Shown here: positions 17,415-27,306 of the stretch, in pieces | Layout: each line of letters opens with the position of its first letter | How positions within the stretch are numbered: the first letter of the stretch is position 1 | Source of the DNA: Candidatus Latescibacterota bacterium | GTDB taxonomy: Bacteria > Latescibacterota > UBA2968 > UBA8231 | Assembly: GCA_965248355.1 (NCBI GenBank) | Contig: OZ252098.1 | Coordinates: 512,001-576,000 of the forward strand | DNA length: 64,000 nucleotides | Direction: 5' to 3' | The notes under the pieces: model-generated | What the model saw: only the letters and a program-made list of their open reading frames with translations | Told to the model about the DNA's origin: nothing | The model's database searches: none | Translations under genes and position numbers: made by a program

Positions 17415-18613
17415 CCGACCGTCTGCGCGTGGCGGCCATCTGCACGGTCTACTACGCCGCCTCCCACGCCGACGCCATCGTCACCAAGTTCCTCAAGGGC
17501 ATGTCCACGGACGAAGGCTTCTTCGCGCCCGAGGTCGACATCGTCTCCCTGTACATCGACCAGGTCCTCGAGAACGACATCGGCCTCGCCCTCGCCGCCG
17601 AGCACGGCGTTCCCGTGTACCCGAGCATCCGCCGCGCCCTGACGCGGGGAGGCGGCCGTCTCGACGTGGACGCCGTGCTCCTCATCGGCGAGCACGGCGA
17701 CTACCCGTGGGACGAGCGCGAGCGGATCCTCTACCCGCGCCGCGGGTTCTTCGAGCAGATCGCCGGGGAGTTCGGCCACAGCGGCCGCTCGGTGCCGGTC
17801 TTCAACGACAAGCACTTCGCCTGCGACTTCGGCGACGCCCTGTGGATGTGGAACCGGGCCCGGGAGCTGCAGATCCCGCTCATGGCCGGATCCTGCCTGC
17901 CCCTGGCGTGGCGCAATCCCTGGCTCGAGCACGAGAGGGGGGCGCCCATCGAGGAGGCCCTGGCCGTCGGCTACGGCAAGGTCGAGGCCTACGGCTTCCA
18001 CACCCTCGAGGTCCTGCAGTGCATGATCGAGGCCCGGCCCGGCGGCGAGAGCGGCGTGCGCTCGGTGCAGTGCCTCGAGGGGGAGGAGGTGTGGAGGGCC
18101 GCCGACCGGGGCCTGTGGCCGCGGGAGCTGGCCGAGGCGGCCTGCGCCGCCATGGAGAACAAACCGCCGGGGACCATGGAGGAGCACGCCAAGGTGCCGC
18201 GTCTGTTCCTGATGGAGCACGGGGACGGGCTGCGCACGGCGGCCCTGATGCTGCAGGGGTACGTCTCCGACTGGGCCTACGCCGCGCGCGTCGACGGCCG
18301 CGTAGAGGCGAGCGAATTCTTTCTTCAGCCCGACGGTCCGGGAGCCAACTTCGGCTACCTGTGCCGCAACATCCAGCGGTTCTTCCAAGGGGGGGTGTCG
18401 CCCACGCCTCCCGAGCGCACCCTGCTGACCACGGGTGTCATCGACGCGGTGATGAACTCCCGCCACGAGGGCCACAGGGTCGTGGAGACACCGTACCTGG
18501 ACGTCGCCTACGAGCCCCGGGACGACTCCGGGACCATCCGCCCCCGCGGCCCGAGGCCGCGCGGCGCCTGCCTCGACCGGCAGGCCCCCGACCAGCTGCT
18601 GCCGTGGCTCTGA
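17411..18613 (+). CDS. Conserved hypothetical protein, Gfo/Idh/MocA-oxidoreductase-like
   Basis: RVAAI.TVY...SHA, VDAVLLIGEHGDYP, PVFNDKH and YGFH.LE motifs recall Gfo/Idh/MocA Rossmann architecture. Strong GC3 bias. Confidence 0.6.
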   Translation: MTDRLRVAAICTVYYAASHADAIVTKFLKGMSTDEGFFAPEVDIVSLYIDQVLENDIGLALAAEHGVPVYPSIRRALTRGGGRLDVDAVLLIGEHGDYPWDERERILYPRRGFFEQIAGEFGHSGRSVPVFNDKHFACDFGDALWMWNRARELQIPLMAGSCLPLAWRNPWLEHERGAPIEEALAVGYGKVEAYGFHTLEVLQCMIEARPGGESGVRSVQCLEGEEVWRAADRGLWPRELAEAACAAMENKPPGTMEEHAKVPRLFLMEHGDGLRTAALMLQGYVSDWAYAARVDGRVEASEFFLQPDGPGANFGYLCRNIQRFFQGGVSPTPPERTLLTTGVIDAVMNSRHEGHRVVETPYLDVAYEPRDDSGTIRPRGPRPRGACLDRQAPDQLLPWL

Positions 18614-18677
18614 TCCGCGCGGAAGTCGTCGTCGACTGGCAGGGCCTGAGCCCTGAAGGAGAGAGCAAGGAGAGAGC

Positions 18678-20213
18678 ATGACTGGATCCGCCCCCGGCAA
18701 CCGGCCGGAGCGCCTGCAATGGTTCAACGGTCTCGGCTTCGGGATGTTCATCCACTGGAGCATCGACAGCCAGATCGGCTCGGTCATCGGCCACTCCATG
18801 GCCCGTGCCTCCGAGGACTACCTGGCGAAGTACACCCAGATCCTGCCGGCCACCTTCAACCCCAAGAGGTTCGACCCGGACGAGTGGGCCGTGCTGGCGA
18901 GGCTGGCGGGCATGCGCTACGTGGTGTTCACCACCAAGCACCACTCCGGCTTCTGCATGTTCCACACGCGGTCGACCCGCTTCAGCGTGGCCGACACCCC
19001 CTTCGGGAGGGACGTGACCGGCGAGATCGTCGAGGCCTTCCGCCGGCAGGGGATCGCCATCGGCCTCTACCACTCCCCCGACGACTTCCACTTCCTGCAC
19101 GGCAAGGGCCTGCCCCTGCGGCGTGGGGTCCGGCCCGAGGCCTGCGAGGGTCTGCTGGAGCACAACCAGGCCCAGGTGCGGGAGCTGCTGACCAACTACG
19201 GCGACATCGACATCATGTTCTTCGACGGTCCCTCCGACGGCCTGAGGGAGCTGTGCTGGGAGCTGCGTCCCGAGATCGTCGTGACCCGGGGAGCGATCCG
19301 GACCCCGGAGCAGCGGATCCCCGGCGTCCAGTCGCCCGAGCCGTGGGAGGCGTGCGTCACCATGGGCACGGGGTGGCAGTACAAGCCGACGAACGAGAGC
19401 TACAAGTCGGGGACGCAGTTGATCGAGCTGTTGATCGAGACCCGGGCCAAGGGGGGCAACCTGGTGCTCAACGTCGGTCCCAAGCCGAACGGTGAGCTGC
19501 CCATCGAGCAGGAGGCCCTGCTGCGCGAGATCGCCCTGTGGACCTTCGTCAACGGCGAGGCCATCTACGACGTCGAGCCCTGGAGGGTGGCCTGCGAAGG
19601 CGGGATCTGGTTCGCGGCGGAGAAAGGGGGAGAGGCGGTCTATGCCTTCCTCGAAGGGGAGGGTCCCTGGCCGCTCTACGAGCGCCGCGAGTGGACCCTG
19701 ACGTCGGTGCGCGCCGGCCCGGGGACGAAGGTGCAGGTCCTCGGACAGGCCGACGACCTGGCCGACGAGCAGGGGCCGGCGATCGAGTGGAGCCAGGAGG
19801 AGGACGGGCTGCGCATCCGGGCCGCCCGCATGCAGAGACTCTACAACAACCGGCGCTGGCCGAACCCCGTCGTCCTCAGGATCACCGACGCCCGGGCGGG
19901 GCTGGTGCCGCCGGCCGTGGTCACGGGCGAGGCGCTATGGGACGCCGCCTCCTCGAGCTGGCTGCTCCAGGCCTCGCTGGCCGATCTGGGCGAGGAGGAG
20001 GCCGTGGAGGCCGGCTTTCAGTACCGGCCGAGGCGGCTGCTCACCGATGCCCTCGAGGACTGGGTGGACACGGCCTTCGAGAGCCGGCGGTCGACGGGGG
20101 AGTACGCCGCGCGAGTGGAGGGGCTGACGGAGGGGACGGCCTGGGAGTTCCGGGCCGTCGTCCGCCATCCGGCGATTACCGTCAACGGCGACAGCGTCAC
20201 CTTCCGCACCTGA
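18678..20213 (+). CDS. Alpha-L-fucosidase (GH29) with C-terminal FN3-like domain
   Basis: WF....FGMFIHW, FNP..FDPDEW, AGMRYVVFTTKHHSGFCMF, ELLTNYG.ID..FFDG (nucleophile Asp), WEAC.T and GGNL.LNVGP..NG. Confidence 0.9.
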   Translation: MTGSAPGNRPERLQWFNGLGFGMFIHWSIDSQIGSVIGHSMARASEDYLAKYTQILPATFNPKRFDPDEWAVLARLAGMRYVVFTTKHHSGFCMFHTRSTRFSVADTPFGRDVTGEIVEAFRRQGIAIGLYHSPDDFHFLHGKGLPLRRGVRPEACEGLLEHNQAQVRELLTNYGDIDIMFFDGPSDGLRELCWELRPEIVVTRGAIRTPEQRIPGVQSPEPWEACVTMGTGWQYKPTNESYKSGTQLIELLIETRAKGGNLVLNVGPKPNGELPIEQEALLREIALWTFVNGEAIYDVEPWRVACEGGIWFAAEKGGEAVYAFLEGEGPWPLYERREWTLTSVRAGPGTKVQVLGQADDLADEQGPAIEWSQEEDGLRIRAARMQRLYNNRRWPNPVVLRITDARAGLVPPAVVTGEALWDAASSSWLLQASLADLGEEEAVEAGFQYRPRRLLTDALEDWVDTAFESRRSTGEYAARVEGLTEGTAWEFRAVVRHPAITVNGDSVTFRT

Positions 20214-20480
20214 GGGCGGGATCTACTCTTCGGCGGGGGGAATCCCCGCCAGCTCCTCCGCGGTGTAGAAGCTGCCGGCCACGGGCCCGGGGTCCCACGA
20301 CCTCTCCAGCGGGCTCGGCCGGACCGGGACGTCGGGTACGACCAGGGTCTCGCGGCCCTCGGAGTCCCGCTCCACGGCGCCGCCGCCGCGTTCCACCGAA
20401 TCCCGGGCCAGGGCCTCGCAGACCTCGATCAGCCGCGGGAAGTCGTAAGGTGCGTGGCTGAACTTCGTCTCGAGGTTGGA
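20197..20480 (-). pseudogene. Start-less 3' gene remnant, tentatively the C-terminus of an ADP-ribosylglycohydrolase-family protein
   Basis: Minus-strand frame NLETKFSHAPYDFPRLIEVCEALARDSVERGGG...PSPLERSWDPGPVAGSFYTAEE has coding-type codon bias and no start codon. The family call is from recall and unverified. Confidence 0.45.
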
Positions 20481-20499
20481 GCGCGGCCGTGGGCCGGCC

Positions 20500-22884
20500 T
20501 CAGCCTTCGGGCGACCACAGGAGCCACCGGTCGCCCAGCCCGTGGCGCTGGGCCCGGTCCCAGGTGCCGCTCATGCGGAAGGTGAAGGAGTTCTTCTCTC
20601 CCGGCCGCAGCCAGCGGGAGACGTCGATGTCGGTGCCGTAGCGGTGCAGCTCGTCCGTGGGGGAGTGGACGAGCTGTCCGTTGGCCCAGACCCACAGCTT
20701 GTCGGCGTAGACCAGCGGCACGTAGAGCCGCGCCGGCGCGCCCGGCTCCGTCTCGGGGACGGCCACCGAGAACCGGTACCACCCCAGCCCCGGGTAGGCG
20801 TATCCCCGGTCATCGCGATAGCCGCTCTGCGTCCAGTCGGTGGTCACGGGGATGGGGTTCCACTCCAGCTCCGCGGCCACCTCGTCGAGGTGCCACTGCT
20901 CGAAGAGGCCCTCGTCGTGCCGATCGGTGCGGAACCCTCCGGTGCCGGGTCCCAGGGCCAGGCGGCGTCCGAGGCCGCCGCCGTCGCGCTCCGCCAGGGC
21001 CTCGATGTAGCGGCGCCAGGTGCTCAGGCCCCTGTCCGAGTCCACCACCCACTGCGGCTCGGGGGGCAGCAGGCCGGGCTGGATCGCCTCGGCCGCCTCG
21101 ATGGGGAGGCTCAGCCGCTCCAGCTGAGTCAGGGCCTCGCGGTACCGCCCCTCGTGGACGCGCGTCACCATGGCGTTGTGGGTCGTCATGTACTCGTGCA
21201 GGGCCCGGTAGGCGGCGAGGCGCCGGCGCAGCCGGGGGGTGTCGGCGAGCCCCTCCGCCCGGTCGAGAAGCGCGCCGAGGGCCAGGGTGCGCTCCGGGGG
21301 GTAGATGCGCGTCCAGTCGCCCAGCTTCGAGGTCCAGGCCACGTGCTCGGGCGAGGCGGCCAGCAGGCCCTCGATCTGGTCGAAGAAGTCCCTCATGGGC
21401 GCCTCGGCGGGGCCGAAGAAGCGCCCGTGGAAGTCGTCCACGAGGGCGTCCACGTCGGCCTCCACGTCCCACATGAGCCGGGTCCGCACGTAGTAGTTGA
21501 GGCCGGTGCGCAGGAAGGTGTTGTGCCCCTCGGTGGTGAAGCCGACCACGCCGTGCTCGTGGTAGAAGGGCAGGTTGGCGCGGATGGAGTGGACGTTCCA
21601 GAAGGGCATGCGGTTCAGAGTCGCGTGGGGGTCGTAGTCGTAGATGACCATCTTCGGGGCGATGCGGGCCCAGGCCTTGATCGTGCGTTGGTGGCGCCGC
21701 GAGTAGATGTCGCCGCCGCCGGGGATGGGGCGCAGGGCGCTGACGGCGAGGCGGGCCAGTTGCACGATGATGTTGCGGTTCCAGGGCCGGTCGAGCCCCT
21801 CGGGCGGTCGCACGCGGTTGTCGTAGGCGAGGATGACGATATAGCGGTCGGGGTACTCGGCGTTGACCTCGTGGGCGACGTTGTTGACGAAGTTGAAGTA
21901 GGCGTCGGAGATCGAGTCCTCGAGGCCGCTGTCGATGTCGAAGGCGTGGTCGGCGGCGACGCAGACGTCGCAGTGGCACCGGGGCGACCAGTCGGGGGCG
22001 GAGAACCCGTAGCTGTTGGCCTCGGGATGGTCGCGGAAGTACTCCTTGATGGTCCGTACCGCGATCTCGATGGTCAGGGGATTGGTGACGCAGAGCATGG
22101 TCAGGTGGAGCTCGCCCTTGGGGCCCCTGGACCGGCGCTGCCCGTCCGGCCCCATGGCGTAGATTTCGGGATGCACGTCCTCGTAGATCTCCGGCGGCGC
22201 CAGGCGGCCGATGGAGCCGTCTCCGGCGAAGGCGAAGGGCCGGACGAGAGTGCCCTTGTTGCGGACGAGCCAGTCGGGGTGGTCTCCCGAGTCGTCGGCC
22301 CACCCCGACATCCAGATGTTGCGCACGACGAAGGAGGGTTTCTGCTCGACGTCGAGGTCGGGCACCGTGATCGTCCTGAGTTCCGGGAGGACCTGGCCGA
22401 ACTCGCCCGGGAAGTACCAGCGGCATCCGAGCCGTTCCAGCAGCTCGTACACGGCGTACTCGGTGCCGCGGTAGAAGGCGTCCTCGTTGCCGGCCAGCAC
22501 GAGATCGCGGTCCCCGACCGTGCGCAGGACAAACCCCTCGCCGGCGGCCTCGCGGTCGTGGCCGGCGGGCGGCTCCACGCCGAGGGCGCGCACCGCCTCC
22601 GAGCGGCCCACGTGCAGACGGGCGTGGCCCTCGAGGCGGCCGGGCACCGTTGCGGCGCCGGCGTACACGGGCAGCCCGGCGCCGGAGATCCGCTCGATGT
22701 AGTGCTTCAGCTCCGCCGCGGCCCGGGCCGCGGCGGAGCTCGGCCCGGCGGCGGTGACGATCACCGCCCGCGGCTGTCCGTCCTGCACGATGACCATGGC
22801 CTCTGCCTCCTGACAGATGGTCCAGATGGCGAGGGCCAGCGGACCGAGGATGGATGAGAATCGGGAAGGGGCTGGATGCATCAT
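20500..22884 (-). CDS. DUF4838 domain protein with C-terminal GH2-type sugar-binding domain
   Basis: AAAELK.YIERISGA.LPV, GT.YAVYELLE.LGCRWY.PG..G, PSF..R, HPE.YA, C.C..C and LAY motifs. C-terminal Y.G.GWYR..V.VP and DVSRWLRPG.KN. Confidence 0.8.
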   Translation of the reverse strand: MMHPAPSRFSSILGPLALAIWTICQEAEAMVIVQDGQPRAVIVTAAGPSSAAARAAAELKHYIERISGAGLPVYAGAATVPGRLEGHARLHVGRSEAVRALGVEPPAGHDREAAGEGFVLRTVGDRDLVLAGNEDAFYRGTEYAVYELLERLGCRWYFPGEFGQVLPELRTITVPDLDVEQKPSFVVRNIWMSGWADDSGDHPDWLVRNKGTLVRPFAFAGDGSIGRLAPPEIYEDVHPEIYAMGPDGQRRSRGPKGELHLTMLCVTNPLTIEIAVRTIKEYFRDHPEANSYGFSAPDWSPRCHCDVCVAADHAFDIDSGLEDSISDAYFNFVNNVAHEVNAEYPDRYIVILAYDNRVRPPEGLDRPWNRNIIVQLARLAVSALRPIPGGGDIYSRRHQRTIKAWARIAPKMVIYDYDPHATLNRMPFWNVHSIRANLPFYHEHGVVGFTTEGHNTFLRTGLNYYVRTRLMWDVEADVDALVDDFHGRFFGPAEAPMRDFFDQIEGLLAASPEHVAWTSKLGDWTRIYPPERTLALGALLDRAEGLADTPRLRRRLAAYRALHEYMTTHNAMVTRVHEGRYREALTQLERLSLPIEAAEAIQPGLLPPEPQWVVDSDRGLSTWRRYIEALAERDGGGLGRRLALGPGTGGFRTDRHDEGLFEQWHLDEVAAELEWNPIPVTTDWTQSGYRDDRGYAYPGLGWYRFSVAVPETEPGAPARLYVPLVYADKLWVWANGQLVHSPTDELHRYGTDIDVSRWLRPGEKNSFTFRMSGTWDRAQRHGLGDRWLLWSPEG

Positions 22885-22924
22885 CGGGTTCCTGCCTTTC
22901 GGGCGGCGCGGGAGGAGCTGCCGG

Positions 22925-22952
22925 CGCCAAAGATCAGTCCCTATCTTTGGCG
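22925..22952. promoter_or_regulatory. Perfect inverted repeat in a divergent intergenic region (operator or hairpin)
   Basis: CGCCAAAGAT-N8-ATCTTTGGCG, ending 5 nt before ATG 22958. Confidence 0.5.
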
Positions 22953-22957
22953 AGACA

Positions 22958-25087
22958 ATGACATCGGTCCGGCCCTTCTCCGCCTTCGCCGCCGCCCTCG
23001 CCGCCGCGCCCGCCGCGGTCGAGGCCTATGTGGGTCCGGGCGCGGGCTTCGCCCTCGCCGGCGGCTTCTGGACCCTGCTCGTCCTCGTCCTGGCCGCGGC
23101 CGGCCTGCTCATCCTGCCCTTCCGGGTCCTGCTGACCTGGCTCCGCAGAAGGGGACGCTCCGAATCCCGGGCCCGTCGCGTCGTCGTCGTCGGTCTCGAC
23201 GGGCTCGATCCCGGACTGTGCGCCCGCTGGATGGACGAAGGCCGCCTGCCCAACCTGCGAAGACTCGCGGCGCAGGGGGTCTTCCGGCCCCTGGGGACCA
23301 CCCTGCCGGCGATCACGCCGGCGGCCTGGTCCTCCTTCGCCACCGGGACCGATGCCTCCGGGCACAACATCTACGACTTCATCACCCGCGACCCCCGGAC
23401 CTACGGTCCCGTGCTCTCCTCGGCGAGGGTGCTGCCGCCGCGCCGGAGCCTCAAGCTCGGACGTCACCGACTCCCCCTGTCGAGACCGCGCATCCGCAAT
23501 CTCAAGGGCAGCCGGCCCTTCTGGAAGCTGCTCGGCGACAAGGGCGTCTTCAGCTCCATCCTGCGCGTGCCCATCACCTTTCCGCCGGAGCCCTTCGCCG
23601 GCCACCTGCTGGCGGGCATGTGCGTCCCGGACCTGCGGGGGACGCAGGGCGAGTTCACCTGCCTGACCGAAACCCCGGAGGAGGGTGCGCACCCGGGGGA
23701 GGCCGGCGGCCAGGAGGGCGTGGGCCGCTGGATCGAGGTCCGCCTCTGTCCGGGGCAGAGCAGCCGGGTCCGCATTCCGGGGCCTCCCGCTCCCTTCGGC
23801 GGCGGCGACCCGCCCCTCCATGCCCCGATCGACCTGGAGCGCGACGGCGCAGCCGGATGCCTCCGGCTGACCGCCGCCGGCCGGCGGATCGACCTGCGCG
23901 AGGGCGTCCACTCCCCGTGGGTGGAGCTGACCTTCGACGGCGGACTCGGCGTCCGGGTGCGGGGTATCTGCCGGTTCTACCTGGCCGCCGCGGAGCCGCT
24001 GAAGCTCTACCTCACGGCGATCCAGATCGATCCGGACCGCCCCTGCCTGCCCCTGTCCCACCCGGCCTCGTACGCCACCTACCTGAGCCGGCGCCTGGGG
24101 AAGTACGGCACCCTCGGCCTGGCCGAGGACACGGAGGCCCTCGACGCCGAGGTCCTCGACGAGGAGGCCTTCCTGCAGCAGGCGCGCTCCCTGCACGAGG
24201 AGCGCGAGCGGATGCTCTTCCACGGGCTGGAACGCACCCGGGAGGGGCTCCTGGTCTGCGTCTTCGACGGGCCCGACCGCCTGCAGCACATGTTCTTCCG
24301 CACCCTGGATCCGGCGCATCCGGCCAACGAGGGCCGCCGGGTGGCCGAGTTCGAGGACGTCCTGCCGCGCATGTACGGGGAGATGGACGACCTCGTGGGC
24401 CGGGTCATGGAGCGCATCGAGGACGGCGGGGAGACGACGCTCCTGGTGATCTCCGACCACGGCTTCTGTCCCTTCCGTCGGGGGGTCAACCTCAACACCT
24501 GGCTCCGCGATCGCGGCTACCTGGCCCTGGAGGAGTCGCCGGACGGCCGGGAGCCCGGCGACTGGTTCGCCGGCGTCGACTGGTCCCGGACCCGGGCCTT
24601 CGCCCTCGGCCTGGCCGGGATCTTCCTCAACCGCGCCGGCCGCGAGGCCCGCGGCGTGGTCTCCGAGGCGGAAGCGGGGGATCTGAAGGGGGAGCTGATC
24701 GCCGGACTGGAGGGGCTGGCCGACGAGGACGGCCAGCCGGCGGTCCGCAAGGTCTGGGACGCCGAGGCCTGCTTCCACGGCCCCTACAAGGACGGGGCGC
24801 CGGACCTGCTGGTCGGATACAACGCCGGGTACCGGGCGGCGTGGAGCGGCGCCCGCGGGCGGATCACCGACCGGGTCTTCGAGGACAACACCCGCCACTG
24901 GAGCGGCGATCACTGCGTCGATCCGGCCCAGGTGCCCGGGGTCCTGTTCTGCAACCGGCCCATCGACAAGGCGGACCCGCACCTGCTGGACGTGCCGGTG
25001 TCGATCCTGGGCCTCTTCGGGGTGGACGCGCCCGCCTACATGCAGGGGGAGGATCTGTTCGATGGACCGCCGCTCCCGGCGTCCTAG
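22958..25087 (+). CDS. Alkaline-phosphatase-superfamily / type I phosphodiesterase-nucleotide pyrophosphatase, membrane anchored
   Basis: AYVGPGAG followed by a TM helix. VVVGLDG, TT.PAITPAAWSSFATG, DRLQH, SDHGF and WSGDH motifs. Confidence 0.85.
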   Translation: MTSVRPFSAFAAALAAAPAAVEAYVGPGAGFALAGGFWTLLVLVLAAAGLLILPFRVLLTWLRRRGRSESRARRVVVVGLDGLDPGLCARWMDEGRLPNLRRLAAQGVFRPLGTTLPAITPAAWSSFATGTDASGHNIYDFITRDPRTYGPVLSSARVLPPRRSLKLGRHRLPLSRPRIRNLKGSRPFWKLLGDKGVFSSILRVPITFPPEPFAGHLLAGMCVPDLRGTQGEFTCLTETPEEGAHPGEAGGQEGVGRWIEVRLCPGQSSRVRIPGPPAPFGGGDPPLHAPIDLERDGAAGCLRLTAAGRRIDLREGVHSPWVELTFDGGLGVRVRGICRFYLAAAEPLKLYLTAIQIDPDRPCLPLSHPASYATYLSRRLGKYGTLGLAEDTEALDAEVLDEEAFLQQARSLHEERERMLFHGLERTREGLLVCVFDGPDRLQHMFFRTLDPAHPANEGRRVAEFEDVLPRMYGEMDDLVGRVMERIEDGGETTLLVISDHGFCPFRRGVNLNTWLRDRGYLALEESPDGREPGDWFAGVDWSRTRAFALGLAGIFLNRAGREARGVVSEAEAGDLKGELIAGLEGLADEDGQPAVRKVWDAEACFHGPYKDGAPDLLVGYNAGYRAAWSGARGRITDRVFEDNTRHWSGDHCVDPAQVPGVLFCNRPIDKADPHLLDVPVSILGLFGVDAPAYMQGEDLFDGPPLPAS

Positions 25088-27083
25088 GTCCTGGCCGAGG
25101 ACCGCTGCCATGGCGCTGCTGGCCGCGGGCCTGCTGGCCGGAACCGGGGGGTGCGGCCCCCGGCAGGACGCCCCGCCGCTGCTGGTCCTTGGGATCGACG
25201 GCATGGATCCGCAGATCCTGTCGCGGCTGCTGGCGGCCGGCCGCATGCCCCACTTCGAGGCCTTGGCCGCCTCCGGCGGGTTCGCTCCGCTGGCCACGAC
25301 CATGCCTCCCCAAAGCCCGGTGGCCTGGTCGACCTTCATCACCGGCCTCGACCCCGGAGGGCACGGGATCTACGACTTCATCCATCGCGATCCGGGCACC
25401 CTTCAGCCCTACCTCTCCACCTCGAGGAAGGGTCCAGAGGGAGAGATGGAGCTGCTGCGCCGCGGCCGGCCCTTCTGGGATCTCCTCGTCGAGCGCGGCG
25501 TTCCGGTGACGATCTTCAAGGTGCCGGCCAACTTCCCCCCGGAGGCGCCGCATGCGGGCCTGTGGCAGCGGCTGGCCGGGTGCTCGTGCTATCGCGCCTT
25601 CGCCGGCATGGGGACGCCGGACATGCTCGGCACCTACGGCACCTTCACCTGGTACACCGACGGACCCTACACGGTGCCGGCCCACATGGAAGAGGGCGGG
25701 CAGGTGCTGCCCCGGGGAGGCGAGCTGCAGATCGCCGGCGGCCGCATCGTCAGCCTGGAGCTGCGGGACGGCCGGGCGGCGCCGGAGATCCACGGTCCGC
25801 CTTCGGAGGGCGAAGAGAGGCGGGCGCGCTTCGAACTCTTCGTCGACCGCGGACCGGAGGGCGGGGAGGGGGCGGTGGAGATCGTCCTGGCCGGCCGGCG
25901 CGCGGTGCTGCGCCCGGGGGAATGGAGCCCGTGGCTGCGCGTCGACTATGGACGGAAGGCCCTGGGCCTGGCTCACCTGACCGGGATCGTGCGCTTCTAC
26001 CTGAAGTCGGTCGAGCCGCACGTGGGGCTCTACATGACCCCGGTCAACATCGATCCAGGCGATCCGGCGATGGCGGTCTCCGTGCCGGCGGCCGAGGCGG
26101 CGCGGCTGGAGGCCGCCCTGGGGCCGTATTACACCCAGGGCATGCCCGACGACACCAAGGCCCTGGAAGCGGAGGTCCTCGACTACGGCGAGTTCCTGCA
26201 GCAGGACGAGCTGGCCCTCAACGAGCGCCGGGAGCACCTGCGCCGGGAGCTGGGCAAGCTCGATTCGGGGCTCCTGTTCTTCTACGTTCACAGCCTCGAC
26301 CAGGTCAGCCACATGCTGTGGCGGGCGGCGGACCCCGCCCACCCCGGACACCGGCCGGAGTTCGCGCCCTGGGGCCAGGCCATCGACCGCCGTTACGAGG
26401 CCATGGACGAGTTGCTGGGGGAGGCCATGGCCGCCCTGGACGGCCGCGGCGAGATCGTCGTCCTCTCCGATCACGGCTTCGCCCCGTACGAGCGCTCCTT
26501 CAACCTCAACACCTGGCTGTTGAGAGAGGGCTACCTGCAGGTGCGGGAAGGGATCGGCGAAGAGGAGGCATCCCTCCTCGAAGGGACCTCCATCGCCTGG
26601 GAGCGGACGGCGGCCTACGGGCTGGGACTGAACGCCCTCTACCTGAACCTGCGGGGCCGGGAGGACCGGGGGGCGGTGGCGCCGGAGGATGGGGATTCCA
26701 TGCTGAGAGAGCTCGCAGAGAAGCTCCTGGCCCTGAGGGATCCCCGGGACGGCCGTCAGGTCGTCGAGCGGGTCTACCGGGTCGGGGGCGCCACCGCGGA
26801 CGGCGCCGCCCCCGACCTGCTCATCGGATACGCGCGCGGGTACCGCGCCTCGGGGGCCGCCGCCCTGGGCCGCATCGAGGCGGAGGTCCTGAGCGACAAC
26901 CACTCCCCCTGGAGCGGAGACCACTGCATGGCCGCCCACACCGTGCCGGGGGTCCTGGTGAGCAGCCTCCCGCTGCGTCCCGGGGCCGCGCCCCATCTGC
27001 GGGACCTTCCCGTGAGCATCCTCGAGCACTACGGCATCGGCCGGCCCGAGGCGATGACCGGCCGCCCGGTCTGGCCGAACTGA
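25062..27083 (+). CDS. Alkaline-phosphatase-superfamily / type I phosphodiesterase, probable lipoprotein
   Basis: LVLGIDG, TT.PPQSPVAWSTFITG, DQVSH, SDHGF and WSGDH motifs. Signal ends GTGGC. Start may be 25110. Confidence 0.85.
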   Translation: MDRRSRRPRSWPRTAAMALLAAGLLAGTGGCGPRQDAPPLLVLGIDGMDPQILSRLLAAGRMPHFEALAASGGFAPLATTMPPQSPVAWSTFITGLDPGGHGIYDFIHRDPGTLQPYLSTSRKGPEGEMELLRRGRPFWDLLVERGVPVTIFKVPANFPPEAPHAGLWQRLAGCSCYRAFAGMGTPDMLGTYGTFTWYTDGPYTVPAHMEEGGQVLPRGGELQIAGGRIVSLELRDGRAAPEIHGPPSEGEERRARFELFVDRGPEGGEGAVEIVLAGRRAVLRPGEWSPWLRVDYGRKALGLAHLTGIVRFYLKSVEPHVGLYMTPVNIDPGDPAMAVSVPAAEAARLEAALGPYYTQGMPDDTKALEAEVLDYGEFLQQDELALNERREHLRRELGKLDSGLLFFYVHSLDQVSHMLWRAADPAHPGHRPEFAPWGQAIDRRYEAMDELLGEAMAALDGRGEIVVLSDHGFAPYERSFNLNTWLLREGYLQVREGIGEEEASLLEGTSIAWERTAAYGLGLNALYLNLRGREDRGAVAPEDGDSMLRELAEKLLALRDPRDGRQVVERVYRVGGATADGAAPDLLIGYARGYRASGAAALGRIEAEVLSDNHSPWSGDHCMAAHTVPGVLVSSLPLRPGAAPHLRDLPVSILEHYGIGRPEAMTGRPVWPN

Positions 27084-27099
27084 GAAGGAGCCGGGGACC

Positions 27100-27294
27100 A
27101 TGCGACTCTTCAGGCACAAGGTGGCGATCGACGACGAGATGATGGAGCGCGTCCGCAGGCACGTGGAACGGGCGGGGTACGCCAGCGTGGAGGAGTTCGT
27201 CCGTCACTGCCTCGACAAGGAGATCTCGGCCGGCGAGACCGCCGCCGACGATACGCACCTGAGGCGCCTGCGGGGCCTCGGCTACATCGAGTGA
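27100..27294 (+). CDS. Small ribbon-helix-helix-like protein with LRxLGY tail
   Basis: AAGGAG RBS. KVAIDDEMMERV......GYASVEEFVRH (CopG-like pattern). Ends RLRGLGYIE. Confidence 0.65.
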   Translation: MRLFRHKVAIDDEMMERVRRHVERAGYASVEEFVRHCLDKEISAGETAADDTHLRRLRGLGYIE

Positions 27295-27306
27295 GGCCGG
27301 CGGTCC

